Shown in pieces: positions 8,078 through 15,688 of a DNA stretch of 25,393 nucleotides; within the stretch, counting starts at the first letter, position 1; each line of letters opens with the position of its first letter. The translations under genes were made by a program, and so were the position numbers. The DNA lies in contig JANRJP010000060.1 of NCBI GenBank assembly GCA_033763905.1, forward strand, positions 1 to 25,393, given 5' to 3'. The notes below the pieces were generated by a model. It ran no database searches, was not told where the DNA came from, and worked only from the letters and a program-made list of their open reading frames with translations. The stretch is from Gemmatimonadaceae bacterium. GTDB lineage: Bacteria > Gemmatimonadota > Gemmatimonadetes > Gemmatimonadales > Gemmatimonadaceae.

Positions 8078-9385
8078 ATGCCGATCTCGTCTCGTCACGC
8101 CGCGCACACACTCGCCGCACTCCTCACGGGGCAGAACCCGAAGGATGTGCTCGCCCGCCTCAAGGCACGCGATGAACCGGTGCCGCAAGCCGTCCGTGGC
8201 GCCGATGATTGCTCCGACGCCGCCGTCGCCGCGCGACTGGCACTGGTACCACACGCGGTCAGGACCCGAGACGCCTTGGCGGATTCCGGCCTCGTCCGCT
8301 ACGCGCGCAACATCGAGTACGCGATCGGGACGCTACGCGTGCCGGTGGGTCTTGCCGGCCCACTTCGCGTCAACGGTGCATCGGCGCAGGGCGACTTCTA
8401 CGTCCCATTGGCAACCACCGAGGCCGCGCTCGTAGCGTCGTACCACCGCGGCGCTAACGTGGTGAGCCAGAGCGGCGGGTGCACGGCCGTCGTGACGGCC
8501 GAACGGATGACACGCGCGCCAGGCTTCGTGTTTCGTGATCTGGTCGCCGCTGGCAGCTTCGTGCAGTGGGTGCTCGCCCACAAGGAACGACTCGCCGCGA
8601 TCGCCGAAAGTACGTCGCGCCACCTGCGCTTCCGCGACATTCGCGTGTCGATCGAAGGCAACCACGTGTACCTGCTGCTCGACGTCACCACGGGCGATGC
8701 GGCGGGCCAGAATATGGTCACGATCGCTGCACAGGCGGTGGCCGAGTTCGCCGTCGCGCACGCGCCAGTGACGCCGGAGCGCTGGTACGTGGAAGCGAAT
8801 CATTCGGGCGACAAGAAGGCCAGCGCGCAGTCGTTCTTGAGCGGCCGCGGACGCAGTGTCGTGGCCGAGGTCGAGATCGCGGCTGAGACACTCACGCGCC
8901 GGTTGCGCGTGAGCGCCGCACAGATGGAGGACTACTGGCGCATCTCGTCGATTGGGGGTGTGCTGTCGGGGACGCTGGGCGTCCAAGGCCACTACGCCAA
9001 CGGGTTGGCGGCGCTGTATCTGGCCACCGGTCAGGATGTGGCCTGCGTCAGCGAATCGGCGGTGGGCGTCACGCGGTTTGAGGCGCACGGGGACGCCCTG
9101 TACGCGGCGGTCACGTTGCCAAACCTCGTCGTGGGCACCGTGGGCGGTGGCACGAGTCTCCCCACGCAGCGGGCGTGCCTCGAGGTGATGGGGCTTGCCG
9201 GCGACGGCCACGCGAACGCGTTGGCTGAGGTTGCCGCGGCGCTGGCGTTGGCGGGGGAGCTCTCGATTGTCGCCGCGATCGTCGGGCACGAGTTCACTGC
9301 GGCGCACACGCGGCTTGCGCGATACCGCGCGGTGCCGTCGGCGGCCACGCCAGCTGACGCGCGTGCTGACGCGCCCACCGGATGA
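8078..9385 (+). CDS. Class I HMG-CoA reductase-like oxidoreductase
   Basis: NIEYAIG, VPVGLAGPL, PLATTEAALVAS, MTRAP, TTGDAAGQNMV, GDKK, GRG.SV, ATGQDVA, VGTVGGGT, LAGELS and C-terminal catalytic His (AAHTRL). Confidence 0.9.
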   Translation: MPISSRHAAHTLAALLTGQNPKDVLARLKARDEPVPQAVRGADDCSDAAVAARLALVPHAVRTRDALADSGLVRYARNIEYAIGTLRVPVGLAGPLRVNGASAQGDFYVPLATTEAALVASYHRGANVVSQSGGCTAVVTAERMTRAPGFVFRDLVAAGSFVQWVLAHKERLAAIAESTSRHLRFRDIRVSIEGNHVYLLLDVTTGDAAGQNMVTIAAQAVAEFAVAHAPVTPERWYVEANHSGDKKASAQSFLSGRGRSVVAEVEIAAETLTRRLRVSAAQMEDYWRISSIGGVLSGTLGVQGHYANGLAALYLATGQDVACVSESAVGVTRFEAHGDALYAAVTLPNLVVGTVGGGTSLPTQRACLEVMGLAGDGHANALAEVAAALALAGELSIVAAIVGHEFTAAHTRLARYRAVPSAATPADARADAPTG

Positions 9386-10314
9386 GCGCCCCACTGACGG
9401 TGGCCGCGGATCCGACTGACTGGCGTCGTTGGGTGGTCTACCAGCGCGAGCGTTTCCCCGTGCTCGCCCACGGTCCGTTGATTGGGGCCTTCGCGTTCGC
9501 GGCAGTCAGCGTGTCGGCGGCGGGTCGCGGAGCGCGCCCGTCGGCTGCCGCGGTTCTCGTGGCTGCGGTATCCGCGATGCTGGCGTTCTTTCAGCTTCGC
9601 GTGATCGACGAGCACAAGGACGCGGCGGACGACGCCACCTGGCGCCCGTATCGGCCGGTCCCGCGTGGGCTGGTGACGCTGGCGGAGTTGCGAGTCCTCG
9701 GCGTCGCTGGTGCGGCCGTGCAGCTGGGAACGGCGTGGTGGTTTGCGCCCCAGCTCGTGTGGCCGCTGGTCGCGCTCTGGGGGGTGCTCGGCCTTGTGGC
9801 GGCCGAGTTCGGTCTCGCGCGCGTGTTGCGCGGACGTGCGATGGCCATCCTGCTCAGCCACGGCGTGGTGGTCCCGTGCATTGACGCCTATGCGTCGATG
9901 GCCGACTGGTACGTGGCTGGCGGTGTGCCGGCGGCGCTCCTCGGCAGCTTCCTCGTGGCCTCGTACGCGAACGGTCTGGTCGTCGAGATCGGACGCAAGC
10001 TGCGCGCTCCATCCGACGAGGAGCCCGGTGTCAGCACCTACACGGCGGAGTGGGGCACACGCCGAGCGCTGCAGCGCTGGGTCGCGGCCGTCGCGGTGTC
10101 GCTCGCCAGTGCGGTCAGCGTCGCGTGGCAGCTGGGCACCGCCGGGTGGACCACGCTGCTGCTCGGTGGCGCGGCGTGCGGCGTCGCGTGGGCGGTTGTG
10201 CGCGTATCTCGTGGGTCACTGGGCGCTGGACGCGTCGCCGAACGTGCCGCTGGCCTCTGGACGCTCACGCTGTACGGTGCGCTTGGGTTCCTGCCGTGGT
10301 GGCGCACACCGTGA
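9382..10314 (+). CDS. UbiA prenyltransferase-superfamily membrane protein
   Basis: First acidic motif RVIDEHKDAADD followed by RPVPRGLV; about 8-9 TM helices; ATGA overlap with the reductase. Confidence 0.8.
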   Translation: MSAPLTVAADPTDWRRWVVYQRERFPVLAHGPLIGAFAFAAVSVSAAGRGARPSAAAVLVAAVSAMLAFFQLRVIDEHKDAADDATWRPYRPVPRGLVTLAELRVLGVAGAAVQLGTAWWFAPQLVWPLVALWGVLGLVAAEFGLARVLRGRAMAILLSHGVVVPCIDAYASMADWYVAGGVPAALLGSFLVASYANGLVVEIGRKLRAPSDEEPGVSTYTAEWGTRRALQRWVAAVAVSLASAVSVAWQLGTAGWTTLLLGGAACGVAWAVVRVSRGSLGAGRVAERAAGLWTLTLYGALGFLPWWRTP

Positions 10315-12809
10315 ACGTCGCTGCGATTGGCGGAAAGGCCGCCGCGCTGCGGGCTGCGGCGCGTGCGGGTCTTCCGGTACCGCCGTGGGTGGCGATTCCG
10401 GCGGGCGCCGCCGAGCCGTCCGCGATCCACGCTGCGGCGTGCGACGCCGTGCGTGTGCTCGGGGATGCACCGCACGGCTTCGCCGTTCGAAGTTCAGCGA
10501 CGGAGGAGGACGGGGCGATGCACTCGTTCGCTGGCCAGTTCGACACCTTCCTTGGTGTTGGTGCCGCGGACGTCCCGGCGCGCGTGTCCGACGTGCGGGC
10601 CGCCGCCAGTGCCCGCGTGCAGGAGTATCGCCGCGCGCGGGGCCTCGGCGAAGGCAGCGCACCCGCGGTGCTGGTGCAACGGATGCTCGCGCCTCGCGCG
10701 GCGGGCGTGGCGTTTGGGGCGGATCCCGCGACCGGGCGACGTGGCATCTGTGTCGTGGCGGCCGTGCCGGGGATCGGGCAGGCGCTGGTGGACGGCACAG
10801 CAGATGCCGACACGTGGCACATCACGCGAGACGGCCGCGTGACGCTCGTGCAGCGCGTCGCTCCGACGCCAACGCTCTCGGACGACGATGTCCGAGCGGT
10901 CGCAGCGATGGCGCGCAGCTGTGGCGAGATCTTTGGCCGACCGCAGGACATCGAGTGGGCCTTCGATGGTGCAACGCTTTGGCTGCTGCAGTCGCGTCCG
11001 ATCACGACGCTGTCCGCACTGCCCGACCCAGACGCGCCGCTGGTCGTCTGGGACGACAGCAACATCGCCGAGAGCTACGGTGGCGTGACGACGCCGCTCA
11101 CGTTCTCGTTCGCGCGCTACGTCTACGAGAACGTGTATCGACAGTTCTGCCGTGTCGTCGGCGTCCCCGGCGCCGCGATCGAGGCGCTCGCTGCCGACTT
11201 CGCCACGATGCTGGGACTCGCGCGCGGTCGCGTGTACTACAACCTGGTATCGTGGCATCGCGTGTTGGCCGCACTCCCCGGGTATCGGCTCAACCGCGCC
11301 TTTATGGAACAGATGATGGGCGTACGGGAGCCACTGCCGGCCGAGGTGGACGTGCACGTCGCACCGGCTCGAAGCGCCGCTGAGCGTCGCGCGGAGTGGT
11401 GGAACGTGGCGCGAATGCTGCTGCGGCTCGTTGGCGCCGCACGGGCGCTTTCGCGCGAGGTCCCGGCCTTCCGCCAGCGCCTCGACGACGCCCTGCGCCT
11501 GAATGGGACGTCAATTGCCGCGATGCGGCCCGACGAGTTGGTCGCGCACTGGCACGTGCTCGAGCGGCGCCTGCTGACGCACTGGGATACGCCGCTCGTG
11601 AACGATCTGTTCGCGATGATCAGTCACGGCCTGCTCCGCAAACTGCTGGCGGCGTGGGCGGGCGACGCCGACGGTGTCCTGAGCGGCTCGCTCGTGGCTG
11701 GCGCTGGCGACCTGGCCAGCGCGGTGCCGGCGCACGAGGTCTCCGCGCTCGCGGCGCGTGTGCCTCACCACAGCGCGATCCAGCACCTGCTCGTGCACGG
11801 CTCGCGCGACGACATCGATGCGGCGCTGCACGAGCACGACGAGCTTCGCGACGGCATTGCCGCGTACATTGCCCGCTACGGCGATCGGTGTCTGGACGAG
11901 CTCAAGCTCGAGACCCCCACCTTGGCCGACGATCCGCTGCCGCTGTATCGCGCGATCGGCTGGGCGGCGGCGCGGCCGGCGACCGATCGCCGCGAGGCGG
12001 CGGACCGGTCCCGTGCGCTTCGCGCGAGCGCGGATCGCCGGTTGACGTCGGCGCTTCGGGGGCATCCGCTCCGATCGTGGATCGTCCGGCTGGTGCTGGG
12101 GTGGACCCGTCAGCGCGTGAGCCAGCGCGAGACGCTCCGCTTCGAACGCACTCGCCTGTTTGGGCGAGTGCGCCGCCTCTTCCTTGCCCTCGGCGATCAC
12201 CTCGCCGCACTGGGCCGGCTCGAGACCGGGCGCGACGTGCTATGGCTCGAGGTGCACGAAGTCATTGGCGCAGTTACCGGGACCGCGACGACCACCGATC
12301 TCGTGGCACTGGTGGCCCTCCGGCGTGCGGAGTTCGCGCGTTGGGCGGAGCAACCGCGGCTCCCCGAGCGCTTTGTGACGCGAGGCCCGGTGGTGCACGC
12401 GATGCAACCCGGCGTTCCACTGCTCGAGTCGACGCGCCCCAACACCGCGCCGGAAGCCCCGATGCGGGCGGACGATACCGAACGCCGCGGGTTGCCCGCC
12501 TACCCGGGCGTCGTGCGCGGACGCGCGCGGGTCGTTCGCGACCCTCGCACGGTCACCCTGGCGCCAGGAGACATCCTGGTGGCCGAGCGCACGGATCCCG
12601 GCTGGGTCCTGCTGTTTCCCGCAGCTGCGGCGGTACTGGTGGAGCGCGGAAGTCTGCTCTCGCACGCGGCGATCGTGTCACGTGAACTGGGATTGCCCGC
12701 CGTGGTTGGCATCCCCGGACTCACGACGTGGCTGATCGACGGTGAGCTGATCGAACTCGATGGCGCTGCGGGCCGCGTGCGCCGCGTGGGAGCGGCGAAT
12801 GCCGACTGA
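10311..12809 (+). CDS. PEP-utilising kinase/dikinase with ATP-grasp, large central substrate domain and C-terminal phospho-His swivel domain (RPH/PigC architecture)
   Basis: GGKA, GLPVP, AVRSSATEED..SFAGQFDT, VLVQRM, PQDIEWA, LLQSRPIT; C-terminal TDPGW...GSLLSHAAIVSRELGLPAVVG. True start is GTG 10311 (GTGA overlap). Confidence 0.9.
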   Translation: MNVAAIGGKAAALRAAARAGLPVPPWVAIPAGAAEPSAIHAAACDAVRVLGDAPHGFAVRSSATEEDGAMHSFAGQFDTFLGVGAADVPARVSDVRAAASARVQEYRRARGLGEGSAPAVLVQRMLAPRAAGVAFGADPATGRRGICVVAAVPGIGQALVDGTADADTWHITRDGRVTLVQRVAPTPTLSDDDVRAVAAMARSCGEIFGRPQDIEWAFDGATLWLLQSRPITTLSALPDPDAPLVVWDDSNIAESYGGVTTPLTFSFARYVYENVYRQFCRVVGVPGAAIEALAADFATMLGLARGRVYYNLVSWHRVLAALPGYRLNRAFMEQMMGVREPLPAEVDVHVAPARSAAERRAEWWNVARMLLRLVGAARALSREVPAFRQRLDDALRLNGTSIAAMRPDELVAHWHVLERRLLTHWDTPLVNDLFAMISHGLLRKLLAAWAGDADGVLSGSLVAGAGDLASAVPAHEVSALAARVPHHSAIQHLLVHGSRDDIDAALHEHDELRDGIAAYIARYGDRCLDELKLETPTLADDPLPLYRAIGWAAARPATDRREAADRSRALRASADRRLTSALRGHPLRSWIVRLVLGWTRQRVSQRETLRFERTRLFGRVRRLFLALGDHLAALGRLETGRDVLWLEVHEVIGAVTGTATTTDLVALVALRRAEFARWAEQPRLPERFVTRGPVVHAMQPGVPLLESTRPNTAPEAPMRADDTERRGLPAYPGVVRGRARVVRDPRTVTLAPGDILVAERTDPGWVLLFPAAAAVLVERGSLLSHAAIVSRELGLPAVVGIPGLTTWLIDGELIELDGAAGRVRRVGAANAD

Positions 12810-13896
12810 AGCCGCAGCGCGCGCCGACTTCAGCGGACTGCGCTATGCCCAGTGCTGGGAGGATGCCGACATCCTGTGCGAAGGACTCGACACGCAACCC
12901 GGTGACACGGTGCTTTCGATCGCCTCGGCTGGCGACAACAGCTTTGCGCTGCTGCTCGATGATCCCGCCGCAGTGATCGCGGTCGACCTGAGTCCGGCCC
13001 AGGGCGCTGCGGTGGAGCTCCGCCGAGCGATGTATCGCACGCTGTCGCACGAGGAGTTTCTCGCCTTGTACGGCTCTCGGCCGTCGACGCAGCGCGCGGC
13101 GCTCTACGCCAAGTGCCGTGCCGCGATGCCGGCCGAGGCCATCGCGTGGTGGGACGCGCGCCCTACCCTAGTGCGAGACGGCATTGGCGCCGCCGGCAAG
13201 TTCGAGCGCTACTTCCGGCTGTTTCGCGATTGGGCCTTGCCGCTGGTACACGGGAAGCGGACGGTGCGCGCCTTACTGACGTCGCGCGCTCCCGAGGCGC
13301 GTGCCCGGTGGTTCGACGATACCTGGGACACGTGGCGCTGGCGGGCGCTGCAGCGCGCGTTCTTCTCTCGTGGCGTGATGGGACGCGCGGGCCGCGATCC
13401 CGAGTTCTTCACGTTTGCCGAAGGCAACCTCGGGACACACCTGCGTCGGCGCATTCGCCACGCGCTGGTGCGCGAGGATCCTGCAGCGAATCCGTTCGTG
13501 CATTGGATTCTCACCGGCACGCACGGCTCGGCCCTGCCGCGCGCCCTGCGCCCGGAACACTTCGAGACGATCCGGTCACGTGTGGATCGACTGTCGCTCC
13601 ACATCGCCGCGCTGGAAGACGTGCTGCCCTCGCTCGCTCGGCCGGTACAACGCATCAATGCGTCAAACATCTTCGAGTATATGAGCCCGGCGGGTCATGC
13701 CGCGGCGCTTGATGCGCTGCTGGCACACGTGACACCCGGAGCACGGATGGCCTACTGGAATCTGCTGGCGCCACGCCAAGGGAGCCACATTCGACCAGCA
13801 CGGCTGCGGCGGCTCGATGACCTGAGTGACCGGCTCTTCGCTCGCGATCAGGCGTTCTTCTACTCCGCGTTTTCCGTCGACGAGGTGATGCCGTGA
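12799..13896 (+). CDS. DUF3419/BtaA-family SAM-dependent 3-amino-3-carboxypropyl transferase-like protein
   Basis: YAQCWED, VLSIASAGDN, AVDLSPAQ, GKFERYF, SNIFEYM, GARMAYWN, DQAFFYS. ATG 12799 overlaps the upstream stop by 11 nt. Confidence 0.85.
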   Translation: MPTEAAARADFSGLRYAQCWEDADILCEGLDTQPGDTVLSIASAGDNSFALLLDDPAAVIAVDLSPAQGAAVELRRAMYRTLSHEEFLALYGSRPSTQRAALYAKCRAAMPAEAIAWWDARPTLVRDGIGAAGKFERYFRLFRDWALPLVHGKRTVRALLTSRAPEARARWFDDTWDTWRWRALQRAFFSRGVMGRAGRDPEFFTFAEGNLGTHLRRRIRHALVREDPAANPFVHWILTGTHGSALPRALRPEHFETIRSRVDRLSLHIAALEDVLPSLARPVQRINASNIFEYMSPAGHAAALDALLAHVTPGARMAYWNLLAPRQGSHIRPARLRRLDDLSDRLFARDQAFFYSAFSVDEVMP

Positions 13897-14699
13897 GCCC
13901 CCTGGTGGGATGGCTCGGCATTCCGCTCGCGCTCGCCGGACTGCTCATCGGGCTTGCACGGCTCGCGACGCGCACGCGGTTGCATCCGGAGGTCATCCGC
14001 AAGTTACTGCACGTCGGGATGGGACTGGTGACACTGCCGTTGCCGTGGATTTTCACGGCGTCGTGGCCGGTGGTGGCGTTGACGGCCGGCGCGATGGCTG
14101 GCCTGTACGCGGTGGCGAGGGTGCCCGCGCTGCGCGCGCGGCTCGGCGGCGTGCTGGGTGGCGTCGGCCGCTCGTCGCTCGGAGAGTTTGCGTTCCCGGT
14201 CGGGGTGTGCCTGGTGTTTGTCCTGGCACAGGGCGACCGTACGCACTTTGTAGTCCCCGTCCTCGTGCTAACCCTCGCCGATGCGTCGGCGGCCGTCGCT
14301 GGCATCTACTTGGGACGTCGGCCCGTGCACCTCCCCGACGGCACCAAAAGCCTGGAAGGCTCGGCGGCCTTCTTTCTCGTCGCGGTACTGTGCGTACTGG
14401 GGCCGCTCGTGGTGATGGGGCGGGCGTCGGGTGTCGATGCCTTGCTGGTGGGCCTCGCGACCGCGGTGGTCCTGATGCTGCTCGAACTCGTTGCCGCCAA
14501 CGGGCTCGACAACGTCCTCATTCCGCTCGCGGCGTGGGCGCAGATGCGGGTGCTCGGCACTGGCGGCCGGGTCTTGGTCCTGCTCCTCGGACTCGCATCC
14601 GCGGCGTTGGTCTTGGTTCTGCTGGAGCGTCGTCGCGCCGCAACCCGTGCGGCGTTCCCGCAGGTGCGGCAAACGGCGGCGCGGCGAGGCGTACGATGA
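13893..14699 (+). CDS. CTP-dependent polyprenol kinase (phytol/dolichol kinase; cytidylyltransferase-family) membrane protein
   Basis: RKLLH, S.GE..FP, ADASAAVAG, KSLEGSAAF, ELV...GLDNVLIP motifs; multiple TM helices. Confidence 0.85.
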   Translation: MSPLVGWLGIPLALAGLLIGLARLATRTRLHPEVIRKLLHVGMGLVTLPLPWIFTASWPVVALTAGAMAGLYAVARVPALRARLGGVLGGVGRSSLGEFAFPVGVCLVFVLAQGDRTHFVVPVLVLTLADASAAVAGIYLGRRPVHLPDGTKSLEGSAAFFLVAVLCVLGPLVVMGRASGVDALLVGLATAVVLMLLELVAANGLDNVLIPLAAWAQMRVLGTGGRVLVLLLGLASAALVLVLLERRRAATRAAFPQVRQTAARRGVR

Positions 14700-15688
14700 G
14701 CGCGGTGACTTGGCTCGACGCCTCGAGCGAACTGACGGGCCTGCCGTGGCCGGACGACTGGCCGGTGCTGACCGCGTCCGACATCGCGCGGCAGCAGCCC
14801 GATGCCAGCGTGGTACTTCGCCGCGGGCCGGGTGCGGTTGCCCGGGCGTCAGTGTGGTGGCGACGCGGTCCCGCGGCCGGCGTGGGACTCATCGGCCACT
14901 ACGGTGCCATCGACGCGGCGGCAGGCAACGCCGTGCTCGAGGCCGCGTGCGCGGCGCTCTCGGCGAGGGGATGCTCGCACGCGATCGGGCCCGTCGATGG
15001 AAGTACGTGGGAGCGCTATCGATTGGCCCTTCCCGGATTCGACGCCCCGCCGTTTCTGCTCGAGCCCGTGCAGCCGACCTCGTGGTCCGCGCACTTCGTG
15101 CAGGCGGGCTTTGCGGACGTCGGACGCTACCGCTCTGATCGGGCCCCGCTCGAGGTGCTGGCGTCGCGCGCTCGGCAGGATGTGGAACGTCGGCTGACAT
15201 CGCAGGGCGTGACGATTACCACCTTCGCTGACCATCCTCCGGAGCACGTCATCGATGCGATCCACGCGGTGTCGCTGGAGGCGTTCGCGTCTGCCCCGTG
15301 GTTCACGCCGATCGACGCCGCGACCCTGCAGGCGCAATACGCGTCAGCCATCCCGTTAGCTGATCCCGCCTTCGTGCAGCTGGCGTGGCTGCACAACGCG
15401 CCGGCTGGATTCGTCTTCGCGGTGCCCGATCTGCTCGACGCTCGACGCACCGGACAGAGGCCCACGGCACTCGTCCTCAAGAGCGTCGCGGTGCGTCCAG
15501 CGGTACCAGCGCTGGCCGGACTCGGGGGACTGCTACTGGCTCGCGTCGCTACCAACGCGCTGGCGCGCGGGATGCACGACGGAATTCACGCGCTGATGCG
15601 CGACGACAACGCCTCGGCACTCGCGTTCGGCGGCGACCGCGCGACGACGATCCGTCGCTACGCGCTGTACGGGCGCCGCCTGCCGTGA
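14696..15688 (+). CDS. Tandem GNAT-fold acyltransferase-like protein
   Basis: IGHY.A, AIGPVDGSTW.RYRL, PPFLLEP, GFVFAVPD, LVLKSVAV.P...GLG..L, IHALM, RRYALY. ATG 14696 in ATGA overlap. Confidence 0.7.
   Translation: MSAVTWLDASSELTGLPWPDDWPVLTASDIARQQPDASVVLRRGPGAVARASVWWRRGPAAGVGLIGHYGAIDAAAGNAVLEAACAALSARGCSHAIGPVDGSTWERYRLALPGFDAPPFLLEPVQPTSWSAHFVQAGFADVGRYRSDRAPLEVLASRARQDVERRLTSQGVTITTFADHPPEHVIDAIHAVSLEAFASAPWFTPIDAATLQAQYASAIPLADPAFVQLAWLHNAPAGFVFAVPDLLDARRTGQRPTALVLKSVAVRPAVPALAGLGGLLLARVATNALARGMHDGIHALMRDDNASALAFGGDRATTIRRYALYGRRLP

Noticed and set aside
8078..9385. Canonical mevalonate pathway locus
   Set aside because: No HMG-CoA synthase, mevalonate kinases, decarboxylase or IDI nearby, and the substrate pocket looks altered.
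10311..12809. Calling this ppsA or rifampin-resistance rph
   Set aside because: It lacks the PpsA C-terminal barrel. It shares only the architecture with RPH and is embedded in a biosynthetic operon.
13910..14695. Upstream extension of the GNAT ORF suggesting a fusion or frameshift with the kinase
   Set aside because: The extension is non-protein-like, and the ATGA overlap at 14696 explains the junction. The same applies to the 10050 and 15385 extensions.
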